From a bacterium (GTDB lineage Bacteria; Patescibacteriota; Minisyncoccia; Moranbacterales; GWC2-37-73), in contig QKEW01000013.1 in assembly GCA_003251635.1 (NCBI GenBank), positions 2,023-66,022 of the forward strand: DNA of 64,000 nucleotides, written 5' to 3'. A program made the position numbers and the translations under genes. Below the pieces are notes generated by a model. The model was not told where the DNA came from, searched no databases, and saw only the letters and a list, made by a program, of their open reading frames with translations. Shown here one piece after another: positions 36,106-48,077 of the stretch (position 1 is its first letter; each line of letters opens with the position of its first letter).

Positions 36106-36408
36106 ATGGGTGATTTTCCCGGCGATTTGGTTGGTGGAATGGCTAAATGTCCGCTTTGTGAAAGGAAATATAAAAAGGAGAACGCGACAGTTTTGGAGAT
36201 AGGACCAAAGCGCAACACCATTCATTTTACCTGCGATTCTTGCAAGGTATCTTCGATGATGTTTTTGTCCTACAATCAAACCGGAGTAGTTGGAGTTGGA
36301 ATTTTGACTGATTTGATAAAGGACGAAGCTAAAAGATTGTTTATTAAGGAGCCTATCAGCACGGATCAAGTTTTGGAAGTCTATAAATTTTTTAAAAATT
36401 ATAAGTAA
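36106..36408 (+). CDS. hypothetical small zinc-ribbon protein (CPLC...CDSC)
   Basis: Two CxxC pairs. The start may be the internal ATG near 36139. Confidence 0.4.
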   Translation: MGDFPGDLVGGMAKCPLCERKYKKENATVLEIGPKRNTIHFTCDSCKVSSMMFLSYNQTGVVGVGILTDLIKDEAKRLFIKEPISTDQVLEVYKFFKNYK

Positions 36409-36475
36409 GGAGCGGTCTCAAGCAGAAGTCTATGAATGATTTGTAGTTTGTGTTTGTCGTTATCGCCAAAAAAAT

Positions 36476-37144
36476 ATGCAAAATATTAAATTGAAAGCGT
36501 CTTTGCGAGACGTGGTTGGGAAAAAAGTGAAGGCTAGCCGAAAGGAAGGTTTGATTCCGGCGGTTCTTTACGGGCACGGACAAAAAAACGAGAACCTTTG
36601 GGTGAAGTATTTGGATTTTGTTCGAGTTTACGAAAAAGCCGGTGAAAATTCAGTTGTTGAATTGGAAGCGGATGGAAAAGTTTTTCCGGTTTTGATTTGC
36701 GATACTCAAACCGAAACTTTAAGCGGGGATTTTTCCCATATTGATTTTCACAAAGTGAACATGAAAGAGAAGGTCGAAGCCTTTATTCCATTGGAATTTG
36801 TGGGTGAGTCAGCAGCAGTTAAGGCTGGTGGCGGAGTTTTGGTCAAAAACTTAGACGAAGTTGAAGTTAAATGTTTGCCGAGCGAATTGCCATCTAAATT
36901 TGAAATTGATATCAGTGTATTGGCAACCTTCGAAGATCAAATTAAAATTGGTGATATAAAGACAGCTGAAGGAGTGGAAATTTTGGGAGAAAAAGAAACT
37001 GTTATTGCCTTGGTTGAAGAGCCGCGCTCTGAGGCAGAACTGGCTTCCTTGGATGAAAAAGTTGAAGCTGATGTAACCAAAGTTGAAGGAGTGGTCAAGG
37101 AAACTCCAGCCGAGGGTGACGCTGACAAGAAAGAGAAGAAATAA
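36476..37144 (+). CDS. rplY: 50S ribosomal protein L25 / general stress protein Ctc
   Basis: L25 N-terminal domain (RKEGLIPAVLYGHG), plus a Ctc-type C-terminal domain and an acidic tail. Confidence 0.85.
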   Translation: MQNIKLKASLRDVVGKKVKASRKEGLIPAVLYGHGQKNENLWVKYLDFVRVYEKAGENSVVELEADGKVFPVLICDTQTETLSGDFSHIDFHKVNMKEKVEAFIPLEFVGESAAVKAGGGVLVKNLDEVEVKCLPSELPSKFEIDISVLATFEDQIKIGDIKTAEGVEILGEKETVIALVEEPRSEAELASLDEKVEADVTKVEGVVKETPAEGDADKKEKK

Positions 37145-37172
37145 TAGCAAGATTTTCTTTTGGATATTTAAA

Positions 37173-37200
37173 AAACGGGAATTCAATTGCCCGTTTTTTT
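37173..37200 (+). terminator. intrinsic terminator after rplY
   Basis: aacggg-aattcaattg-cccgtt followed by TTTTTT. Confidence 0.55.
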
Positions 37201-37240
37201 CTTTGACCAAATATGCAAGAAGTGCTAAGCTGGAAGCGTT

Positions 37241-38539
37241 ATGAAAAGCAGATTTAAAAACAAAAAGCAATTTATCTTGGCAATTTTGATGTTGCTTGTT
37301 TTGGTGTTGTCGAATTTTTCTTTTTTGTCTGCGAAAGTTCAGGCTAGCAGTGATGAAGATGAGGTCAAAGACGACATTGATGATATTTCCAAGAAAATAG
37401 AAAAGGAACAAGCTGCCAAGTCAGCTCTGGAAGCGGAATTGGCTAAAATCCAAAGCTCGGTCTATTCCACTCAAGAGCAGATCGACAAGGTTCGAGCTCT
37501 AATCAAGGAGTCGGAAGAAAACATCGCCAGAATGGAAAAAGAAGTTGATCAGATGGTGGATAAAATTGATTTGCAAAAAGAATTTTTGAAAAACTTACTT
37601 CAAGAAGTTTATTACCAGAGAAAAAGCCCAGTAGTTTCCAGTGCGGTTTTGAGCGATGATTTTAGTCAGGTTTTTGGAGTGGTTGATAGCTATCTGACTA
37701 TGGAAGAAAAAATCATGCAAATTGCTCAGCAAATTCGTGACACCAAAGAAAAAATTGAAGCTGAGCAAGAAGAAATTGCCGAAGCCAAGGAGGAGCATGA
37801 AAAAATCCTGGCGGTCAAAGTTGATCAGCAACATGAACTGTTGGCTGATCGGGCGGAGACCCAGGGGGACATTGCTGAAAAAGAAGCGTCTATCAGCGAG
37901 CTTCAGGAAAAAATGGCTGAATTGAAAGCTGATTTAAACAGAATTTTAGGCAAAAGTTACGATACTGGCGAAATCAAAGATGCGATAAAATTTGCCAATA
38001 AAAAAACGGGAGTTTCTAAGGGTTATTTATTTGGAATGCTCTCAATGGAGTCTGGTGGTAATCCGTTGGCCGGGGCTTGTACTTACAAAAATGCTGGAAT
38101 GAGCGATTCTCGTAAGGAATATTTTAAAGATATCGTGGACGAACTCAATGACGAGGGTGATAAGGATTATGATTACAAAAAGATGCCGGTTTCCTGTGCT
38201 TCAAAAAGTTATCCAGGTTCTGGTGGAGCCATGGGGGCGGCACAATTTATGTCAGATACTTGGTGGAAGCGAAAAAGTGCTATTGCTTCAACAACCGGGC
38301 ACAATCCTCCAGATCCATGGAATTTGCTTGATGGTGTGGTTGCGATGGCTTTATATCTAGAGGAATTGGGTGCAACCAATGATGGTAAGGTTAGTATAAA
38401 AAATCCTTGTACTGGAAAAAGTGTGAAAGTTGATTGGGAAATTTATGCTTCAATGCGTTATTTAGGCTGGACTTGCTATGGTTACACAAACTATGCTCCA
38501 GCTGTCCAATCTTTAGCTAAGGGATATGATAAGCTTTAG
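37241..38539 (+). CDS. secreted coiled-coil protein with a C-terminal lytic transglycosylase (SLT/lysozyme-like) domain
   Basis: Signal/TM N-terminus and a long heptad-rich region. Catalytic-type motif MESGGNPLA, and downstream GAAQFMSDTWW. Confidence 0.55.
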   Translation: MKSRFKNKKQFILAILMLLVLVLSNFSFLSAKVQASSDEDEVKDDIDDISKKIEKEQAAKSALEAELAKIQSSVYSTQEQIDKVRALIKESEENIARMEKEVDQMVDKIDLQKEFLKNLLQEVYYQRKSPVVSSAVLSDDFSQVFGVVDSYLTMEEKIMQIAQQIRDTKEKIEAEQEEIAEAKEEHEKILAVKVDQQHELLADRAETQGDIAEKEASISELQEKMAELKADLNRILGKSYDTGEIKDAIKFANKKTGVSKGYLFGMLSMESGGNPLAGACTYKNAGMSDSRKEYFKDIVDELNDEGDKDYDYKKMPVSCASKSYPGSGGAMGAAQFMSDTWWKRKSAIASTTGHNPPDPWNLLDGVVAMALYLEELGATNDGKVSIKNPCTGKSVKVDWEIYASMRYLGWTCYGYTNYAPAVQSLAKGYDKL

Positions 38540-38547
38540 AAAAAAAT

Positions 38548-39978
38548 ATGAAAGAAAAATTCTATGTAACGACCCCCATTTACTATACTAATGGTCAGCC
38601 ACATATTGGACACGCCTATACAACTGTGGCTTGTGACGTTTTGGCTCGCTGGAATCGTTTGCAAAAAAAAGAGACTTTCTTTTTGACTGGCACTGATGAG
38701 CATGGAGCTAAGATTCAAAAAAAAGCACAAGAGGAAGGAAAGGACCCTCAAGAATTTGTTGATGAAATTGCGGAAGTTTTTGAAAATCTTTGGAAAAAAG
38801 ACAAACTCAATATCAGTAATGACTTTTTTATTAGAACCACGTCGTCTAGTCATAAGGCGGCGGTGCAAAAAGTTTTACAAACCCTTTTTGATAACGGCAG
38901 TCTATATAAGGGAACTTACAAAGGTCTTTATTGTACGGGTTGTGAACAATTTAAGAGTGAAAATGAATTGGTCGATGGCAAATGTCCAGACCATGGAACG
39001 CTGCCGGAAGAAATGGAAGAGGAGTGTTATTTGATGAAAATGAATCGTTGGCAGGATCTTTTGATTGAAAAAATTCAAGCAGATGAATTTCAGATTCGTC
39101 CGGAAAGATATAAAAAGGAAATTCTTTCTTTTTTGCAATCGCAAAAATTGGAAGACGTTTCTATCTCGCGTAAAAATTTAAGCTGGGGTATACCGCTACC
39201 TTTTGATAAAGAACACACGACCTATGTTTGGATTGATGCTTTTTTGAATTATTTGACTGGCTTGGGTTGGAATGGAGATGTGAAAAATATTCCAGCTATG
39301 TGGCCGGCCGACTTGCAAGTTATTGGAAAGGATATCTTGAGGGTCCATGCTACTATTTGGTTGGCCTTGCTTTTAAATTTGGAAATCGAATTACCAAAAA
39401 GTTTTTTTGTTCATGGGCATATTTTGTCGGGTGGCAGAAAAATGAGTAAGACTTTAGGTAATGTGATTCGGGTTGAGGACTTACTGGAAAAATTTGGTAC
39501 AGACGGAACTCGCTATTTATTGATGAGTGGGGGGACTTTCGGTGAGGATTTAGATTTGACAATGGAAAGAATGGTTGAAAAATATAATGCTGATTTAGCC
39601 AACGGTCTGGGAAACTTGGTTAGTCGAACAATAAAGCTAGTTGGATCAAATGAATTCTTGAAAACAAAGAAAATCGAAATTCCGAAAGATTTACACGGGG
39701 AACCAATAAAACTTTTCTTGAATAATTTTAATTTGCACGGAGCTTTGGAGTGCATAAATGATTTGGTAAAAGCAGCTAATAAATTTATAGAAGAAAATAA
39801 GCCTTGGGAATTAGCTAAAAATAACGTTGAAAAATTTGAAGAAGTAATGAAGAAATTAGTGATAGATTTATATGTAATTTCTGATTTGTTGATCCCATTT
39901 TTGCCAGATACGGCTGAAAAAATCAAAACTGCCCTGGAGACCAAAAAAGTTGAGCCGCTTTTTCAAAGAGTTAAATAA
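38548..39978 (+). CDS. metG: methionyl-tRNA synthetase (short form, without a C-terminal tRNA-binding domain)
   Basis: HIGH motif (PHIGHAYT), zinc knuckle CTGCEQF...CPDHG, KMSKS motif (KMSKTLGN). Confidence 0.9.
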   Translation: MKEKFYVTTPIYYTNGQPHIGHAYTTVACDVLARWNRLQKKETFFLTGTDEHGAKIQKKAQEEGKDPQEFVDEIAEVFENLWKKDKLNISNDFFIRTTSSSHKAAVQKVLQTLFDNGSLYKGTYKGLYCTGCEQFKSENELVDGKCPDHGTLPEEMEEECYLMKMNRWQDLLIEKIQADEFQIRPERYKKEILSFLQSQKLEDVSISRKNLSWGIPLPFDKEHTTYVWIDAFLNYLTGLGWNGDVKNIPAMWPADLQVIGKDILRVHATIWLALLLNLEIELPKSFFVHGHILSGGRKMSKTLGNVIRVEDLLEKFGTDGTRYLLMSGGTFGEDLDLTMERMVEKYNADLANGLGNLVSRTIKLVGSNEFLKTKKIEIPKDLHGEPIKLFLNNFNLHGALECINDLVKAANKFIEENKPWELAKNNVEKFEEVMKKLVIDLYVISDLLIPFLPDTAEKIKTALETKKVEPLFQRVK

Positions 39979-39982
39979 ATTT

Positions 39983-40816
39983 ATGCTGATTGATACTCAC
40001 GCTCATGTGAATTTTGCAGCCTACAAAGACGATTGGAAAGAAATTGTGGAAAAATGTTTGGCGTCTGACACGGGAATCATCAATGTGGGTTCGCAGCTCA
40101 GCACCAGTCGGCGAGCCTTGGATTTGGCTCAAAAATTTGAGAAGCATGTTTGGGCGGCAGTTGGAATTCACCCGGTTCATTTGAAGGCTGGTAAATTTGT
40201 GCATCATGATATTGATGAGGTGGCTGAAGTTGAATTTGAAACTCGCGGAGAAGATTTTGTTTGGGAAAATTATTTTCAGTTAGCTCAAGATGAAAAGGTG
40301 GTGGCAATCGGAGAGGTTGGTTTGGATTATCATCATTTTCAAGAGGGTAACGATATTCAGGCTCTAAAGAAAAAGCAAAAGGAAATCTTATTGGAATTTA
40401 TCAAATTAGCTAATGAAGTTCAAAAACCGGTGATGCTGCATTGCTGGGATGGCTATGATGATTTGTTGGAAATCTTGCAAAAAAATCCGGTTCTTAAAAA
40501 AGGCGTGGTCCACAGTTTCATCGGCAGTCACAAAACGGCGCGCAAGTTCATTGAATTGGGCTATAAAATTTCGCTCAATGGAATTGCAACCTATGGTGAC
40601 AGTTACAATCGTTTGATTTCGGAAATTGACTTGAAAGACATTTTATTGGAAACGGATTGTCCCTATCTGACTCCGCGACCCTTGGAACGCCAAATGCGCA
40701 ATGAGCCACTGTTTGTTAAATACGTGGCGGAAAAAATCGCCCAGGTTAAAAAAGTTTCAGTTGAAGAGGTTGAAAAAAACACTACTCAAAATGCCCGGGA
40801 AGTTTTCGGGATTTAG
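39983..40816 (+). CDS. tatD: TatD-family metal-dependent hydrolase
   Basis: MLIDTHAHVN metal-binding start, with downstream His and Asp ligands. Classic position after metG. Confidence 0.85.
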   Translation: MLIDTHAHVNFAAYKDDWKEIVEKCLASDTGIINVGSQLSTSRRALDLAQKFEKHVWAAVGIHPVHLKAGKFVHHDIDEVAEVEFETRGEDFVWENYFQLAQDEKVVAIGEVGLDYHHFQEGNDIQALKKKQKEILLEFIKLANEVQKPVMLHCWDGYDDLLEILQKNPVLKKGVVHSFIGSHKTARKFIELGYKISLNGIATYGDSYNRLISEIDLKDILLETDCPYLTPRPLERQMRNEPLFVKYVAEKIAQVKKVSVEEVEKNTTQNAREVFGI

Positions 40817-40872
40817 TTAAAAAAATCCCTGTTGACACGTCGGGTTTTTGGCACTAAAATAGTAGGTGGTTC

Positions 40873-41175
40873 TTGATTGAAAGTCTGATTATGAATGATG
40901 ACAAAAGAAGTTTGAGGCAAATAGTGTTAGGCATGGCTGCCTATACCAGCGCTTCCATCTTGGGACCGCTGATTATTTTTGGCGGATTTGGCTACTTCCT
41001 AGACAAGGTATTTAATTGCTATCCTCTTTGGACATTGATTTGTTTGGCAACGGCTTTTGTTTTCACCAACATTTTGCTTTTTCGCAAAATCAAAAAAATC
41101 AGTGCAATCATGGAAAGTTATGGTCAGCAAGTCAAAGCTGAAAAAAATCAAGAAAATCAAACTGAAAAGAAGTAA
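40873..41175 (+). CDS. small membrane protein, AtpZ/AtpI-like, at the head of the atp operon
   Basis: Two TM helices, and a position immediately upstream of atpB. Confidence 0.5.
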   Translation: MIESLIMNDDKRSLRQIVLGMAAYTSASILGPLIIFGGFGYFLDKVFNCYPLWTLICLATAFVFTNILLFRKIKKISAIMESYGQQVKAEKNQENQTEKK

Positions 41176-41184
41176 TAAAAATAA

Positions 41185-41946
41185 ATGGGACTCAATATTT
41201 CACTATCACCAGAAGTGCTTTTCCAAATTGGAAACTTTCCGATCACCAATTCTTTTTTGGGTGGTTTGGTTTTGAGTTTGGTGATTGTGTTGGGAGTGTG
41301 GTGGCTGAACCGAAATTTGAAAAAGGATGTGCCGGGCAAATTTCAGAATGTGGCGGAAATTTTGATCAGCGGAGCTTTTGATTTCGTGGTTTCAATTATT
41401 GGCAGCGAAAAAAAGGCTCGTCGAATTTTCCCCTTGGCTTTTACGATGTTTATTTTCATTTTGATTTCCAATTTAGCAACTTACATTCCGGGTCAAGCGG
41501 CTGTGACTTTGCATCGAGGTGAGGAAACAGTCTCAGTTTTTCGAGCGGTTATGGCAGACTATGGCATGGTTTTTGTGATGACTATGGTCACTGTGATTTT
41601 GGTTCAAATAATCGCGATTGCGGTGCACGGACCTTTTGGCTATTTGGGCAAATTTTTCAACTTCAAAAGTCCCCTGAGCTTTTTTTTGGGACTGATGGAT
41701 ATCGTGGGCGAGCTGGCTAAGATTGTTTCGTTGTCCTTTCGTTTGTTTGGAAATATTTTTGCCGGCGAAGTATTGGGAGCGGTGATGCTTTTTTTGGCTC
41801 CATTTTTTATGCCTCTACCATTTCTGTTTTTGGGACTTCTCAGTGCGGTGGTGCAGGCTTTTGTTTTTGCGGTTTTGACGGTGGTATTTGTGAAATTGGC
41901 AGCAGAAATTGAGGAGGAGGAAACCTTGGAACAGGCCAGTATTTAA
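41185..41946 (+). CDS. atpB: F0F1 ATP synthase subunit a
   Basis: Conserved Arg in LSFRLFGNIFAGE. Confidence 0.9.
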   Translation: MGLNISLSPEVLFQIGNFPITNSFLGGLVLSLVIVLGVWWLNRNLKKDVPGKFQNVAEILISGAFDFVVSIIGSEKKARRIFPLAFTMFIFILISNLATYIPGQAAVTLHRGEETVSVFRAVMADYGMVFVMTMVTVILVQIIAIAVHGPFGYLGKFFNFKSPLSFFLGLMDIVGELAKIVSLSFRLFGNIFAGEVLGAVMLFLAPFFMPLPFLFLGLLSAVVQAFVFAVLTVVFVKLAAEIEEEETLEQASI

Positions 41947-41967
41947 ATAAATAATTAATTAATATAA

Positions 41968-42207
<240 letters not shown>

Positions 42208-42344
42208 AAATAGAAGATTTTGGAATTCCGACTTTTGAAAAAAGGTCGGAAACTAAAATTTTTTATCTCGGTTTTTGGTCTCTTGGATTTCAAGAGGTCA
42301 GGATAAGATAATGGAATATAATTTGTTAAAAATATTTAGAGTAT

Positions 42345-42839
42345 ATGGAACTTTTTGATGCCTTGGGTTTGAATGGAAAAATTTTGCTAGCTCAATTGAT
42401 TAATTTTGCGGTTTTGGTTTGGGTGATTTGGAAATTTGCCTATGGTCCGATTGTGAAAACTCTGAATGATCGTCAAAAGAAAATCGAAAAGGGAATTCGA
42501 AATGCAGCTGAAGCTAAAGATAAATTAGCTGAAATGGAAAAGCGCGAAAAACAGGTTTTGGACAAAGCTCGTCAGGAGGCTCAGGAAATTATCAAAAAAG
42601 CCGAGAGTGTGGCCGAGGAAAGCAAACAAGAAATTGTGCAGGTAGCTCACGAAGAAGCATCAAAAATTTTGGCTGAAGCTAAAAAGAAAATCGAGCAAGA
42701 AGGTCAGCAAATGATGAGTGAGATCAAGAAGGATTTGGCGGAGTTGGTTTTGGCAGCTACGGAAAAGGTGGTGGGTGAAAAAATGGATTTAGCTGAGGAT
42801 AAAAAAATGGTAGAGAAAATTGTCAGTGAAATAAAATAA
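42345..42839 (+). CDS. atpF: F0F1 ATP synthase subunit b
   Basis: N-terminal TM helix followed by a long charged helix. Confidence 0.8.
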   Translation: MELFDALGLNGKILLAQLINFAVLVWVIWKFAYGPIVKTLNDRQKKIEKGIRNAAEAKDKLAEMEKREKQVLDKARQEAQEIIKKAESVAEESKQEIVQVAHEEASKILAEAKKKIEQEGQQMMSEIKKDLAELVLAATEKVVGEKMDLAEDKKMVEKIVSEIK

Positions 42840-42844
42840 GAAAT

Positions 42845-43252
42845 ATGAAAATTTCAACCGCTGATTGGGCGCAAGTTCTATATGAAACAGTCAAAGGCAG
42901 ATCACAGGAAGAGATCGGTGAGCCGCTTTCTAATTTCGTGAAAGCTTTGGCGCGTCAAAAACAGTTGGGGAAAATTGAGAGAATTTTGGAAAAATTTTCG
43001 CAAATTTGGAATCGAGAAAACAGTGCCGTGGACTGTGAAGTGATCAGTGCTCAGAAATTGGAAGACAAAATGATTGGTAAAATTCGAAATTTTGTGGCGG
43101 AAAAATATCAAGTGGAAACAGTTAATGTGAAAAACCGAATTGAAGAGTCAATTGGCGGCGGAGTGAAAATTCAAATTGGCGATGAGATGTTGGACGAAAG
43201 TGTGAGCGGGAGATTGGGAAGATTACGGAAGGAATTGACGTACGGAGTGTAG
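42845..43252 (+). CDS. atpH: F0F1 ATP synthase subunit delta (short, 135 aa)
   Basis: Position between atpF and atpA. OSCP-like C-terminal region. Confidence 0.7.
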   Translation: MKISTADWAQVLYETVKGRSQEEIGEPLSNFVKALARQKQLGKIERILEKFSQIWNRENSAVDCEVISAQKLEDKMIGKIRNFVAEKYQVETVNVKNRIEESIGGGVKIQIGDEMLDESVSGRLGRLRKELTYGV

Positions 43253-43360
43253 CGTAGAAAGTGAAACTTAAGATTGGAAATATTTATAATTTAATAGAAT
43301 TAATTCAAAAAGCTGAGGCTGAGAAGCTAAGAGGCTATAAGCTAGAAGCTAAACAATTTT

Positions 43361-44860
43361 ATGGACAAAAGTTACATCATTGAACAATTGAAATCACAAA
43401 TTGAAGGATTTAAGAGCGCTGCTAAGACTGAGAAAGTTGGCAAGGTTTTGGAAGTGGGTGACGGCGTAGCCAAAGTCAGCGGGCTTTCCGAGGTGATGTC
43501 CAGCGAGTTGGTGGAATTTGAATCCGGCGTGGTTGGAGTGGCGCTGAACTTGGAAGCGGATGAAGTCGGAGTGATGATAATGGGTGACTACACTAAGATT
43601 AAAGAAGGTGAAACAGTCAAATCCAGCGGCAAGATTTTGTCGATCCCGGTTTCTGACAAAATGATTGGGCGAGTTATTGATCCATTGGGTCAAACAATTG
43701 ATGGTAAGGAAGAAATCAAGGCAGAAAAATTTTATCCGGTGGAAAAAATCGCGCCAGGCGTGATGACTCGAAAATCAGTTCATCAGCCGGTGCAAACCGG
43801 AATCAAAGCCATTGATGCTATGATCCCGATTGGTCGCGGACAACGCGAATTGATTATTGGTGATCGTCAGACCGGAAAAACGGCCATTGCTATCGACACC
43901 ATTATTAATCAAAAAGGTCAAAATATGAAATGTGTCTATGTAGCCATTGGACAAAAGGAAAGTAAGATCGCTCGCATTGTGGCTGAATTGGAAAAAGCCG
44001 GAGCTATGGAATATACAACTGTAGTGGTGGCTGGAGCCAGTGATCCAGCCGCCCTTTCCTTTATCGCACCTTACAGTGGTTGCGCCTTGGCGGAATATTT
44101 CATGGACAAAGGTGAAGATGTTTTGGTGGTTTATGATGATCTCTCTCGCCATGCCTGGGCTTACCGTCAAGTGTCTTTGATTTTGCGTCGTCCACCGGGA
44201 CGTGAAGCTTATCCGGGAGATGTTTTTTATTTGCACTCACGTCTTTTGGAAAGAAGCGCCAAGCTCAATGAAGATTTTGGCGGGGGATCAATCACGGCGT
44301 TGCCGATTATTGAAACTCAAGCTGGAGATGTTTCAGCCTACATTCCAACAAACGTGATTTCAATCACGGATGGTCAAATTTATTTGGAAAGTGATTTGTT
44401 CTACAAAGGTGTGCGACCAGCGGTAAATGTTGGTTTGTCAGTTTCTCGAGTGGGTGGTAGTGCACAGATCAAGGCTATGAAAAAAGTAGCTGGAAAGTTG
44501 CGTTTGGATTTGGCGCAGTTTCGAGAATTGGAAGCTTTCGCACAATTCGGCAGCGACTTGGATGAAAAAACCCGAGCCCAGATTGAACGTGGAAAACGTA
44601 CGGTAGAAATTCTCAAGCAAGGACAATATGAGCCGATGGCAGTGGAAAATCAGGTAGCAATCATTTACGCTTTGACTAATGGATATTTGGATGATGTGGA
44701 AGTTGAGAAGATTAAGGCCTGGGAAATTGATTTTCATAAATTTCTCAAATCTCAAGGTAAGAATGTGATCGAAATTATTCGAGAGAAGAGGGAATTGTCT
44801 GACGAAGTTGTTGAGGCTTTGGAAAAAGGAATAAAGGAATTTAAGGAAATATATCAGTAA
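43361..44860 (+). CDS. atpA: F0F1 ATP synthase subunit alpha
   Basis: Walker [12 protein letters not shown], and alpha-specific conserved blocks. Confidence 0.95.
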   Translation: MDKSYIIEQLKSQIEGFKSAAKTEKVGKVLEVGDGVAKVSGLSEVMSSELVEFESGVVGVALNLEADEVGVMIMGDYTKIKEGETVKSSGKILSIPVSDKMIGRVIDPLGQTIDGKEEIKAEKFYPVEKIAPGVMTRKSVHQPVQTGIKAIDAMIPIGRGQRELIIGDRQTGKTAIAIDTIINQKGQNMKCVYVAIGQKESKIARIVAELEKAGAMEYTTVVVAGASDPAALSFIAPYSGCALAEYFMDKGEDVLVVYDDLSRHAWAYRQVSLILRRPPGREAYPGDVFYLHSRLLERSAKLNEDFGGGSITALPIIETQAGDVSAYIPTNVISITDGQIYLESDLFYKGVRPAVNVGLSVSRVGGSAQIKAMKKVAGKLRLDLAQFRELEAFAQFGSDLDEKTRAQIERGKRTVEILKQGQYEPMAVENQVAIIYALTNGYLDDVEVEKIKAWEIDFHKFLKSQGKNVIEIIREKRELSDEVVEALEKGIKEFKEIYQ

Positions 44861-44861
44861 T

Positions 44862-44950
44862 AACTCACAACTCACAACTCACAACTCACAACTGACAACG
44901 GACAATTAGCAACTAACAACAAAAAACTAACAACTGGCAACAGATAACCA
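44862..44950. repeat. Tandem octamer microsatellite (AACTCACA x4, decaying into AACTGACA/ACGGACAA/TTAGCAAC/TAACAACA units) in the atpA-atpG spacer. It is followed by a TAAGTT-type repeat
   Basis: Direct reading of four perfect units, then degenerate ones. Confidence 0.8.
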
Positions 44951-45023
44951 AAAACCAACAGAATTTTGCACAAGACGGGAATCTGGTTGTAAGTTATAAG
45001 TCGTAAGTTTTAAGTTAAATTAT

Positions 45024-47427
<2,404 letters not shown>

Positions 47428-47435
47428 TTTTTTCT

Positions 47436-47864
47436 ATGAAAAACGAGAAAAAAATACAACTGAAAATAGTTTCGCCGGAAAAGGTTATTTTGGAAAAAGA
47501 AATTTACCAAGCGACTTTGCCGGTGGCGGATGGGATTGTGACTATTCTGCCTAATCATCGATCCTATATTGGAGCTTTGAAATTGGGGGAAATCATTTTG
47601 AAAAATGGATCCGAGGAGGATTATTTGGCGGTAACTGGCGGAATGGTTGAATTTAACCACAATGAGATGACAGTTTTAGTAGATGAAGCCCAACAAGCTC
47701 ATGAAATTGATCTGAAAAAAGCCGAAGAAGCTCGAAAAAGAGCGGAAGAGGTAATGAAACAAAAGCACACTCTCAGTGAAATGGAATATGCTACGGTAAC
47801 AGCTGATCTGGAAAAACAACTGCTACTCATCAAAGTCAGTCGCAGGCATATGGGTCGAAAATAG
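47436..47864 (+). CDS. atpC: F0F1 ATP synthase subunit epsilon
   Basis: Beta-sandwich plus helical hairpin architecture. Terminal position in the operon. Confidence 0.85.
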   Translation: MKNEKKIQLKIVSPEKVILEKEIYQATLPVADGIVTILPNHRSYIGALKLGEIILKNGSEEDYLAVTGGMVEFNHNEMTVLVDEAQQAHEIDLKKAEEARKRAEEVMKQKHTLSEMEYATVTADLEKQLLLIKVSRRHMGRK

Positions 47865-47902
47865 CTATCCCAAGCCATTTTTTTCGGTTAAAATTTGATC
47901 TC

Positions 47903-47931
47903 TTGCAATATTTTTCAAACAGGATTATAAT
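47903..47931 (+). promoter_or_regulatory. sigma70-like promoter TTGCAA-17-TATAAT upstream of sulP
   Basis: Consensus -10 and near-consensus -35. Followed by three CGTCAA-containing direct repeats. Confidence 0.4.
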
Positions 47932-48077
47932 TTTTGACGTGTGGAACTTTTAATTTTTTAGCTATATTTTTGGCGTCAACTTTCTACTTTTCTCAGCGCG
48001 TCAAAATTTAATAATTTCAAAGAAAAGCATGTAACTTTCGGGTTGCGTGTTTTTTGTTTTTTTGTTCACAAAATTAT

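Noticed and set aside
36851-37411. A 186-aa minus-strand ORF
   Set aside because: It overlaps rplY and the promoter of the SLT-domain gene on the opposite strand. Phe/Asn-rich junk translation
39513-39944. A 143-aa minus-strand ORF
   Set aside because: Antisense to metG
44862-44950. Possible CRISPR array suggested by the AACTCACA repeats
   Set aside because: The units are 8 nt, contiguous, and have no spacers. It is a microsatellite, not a CRISPR
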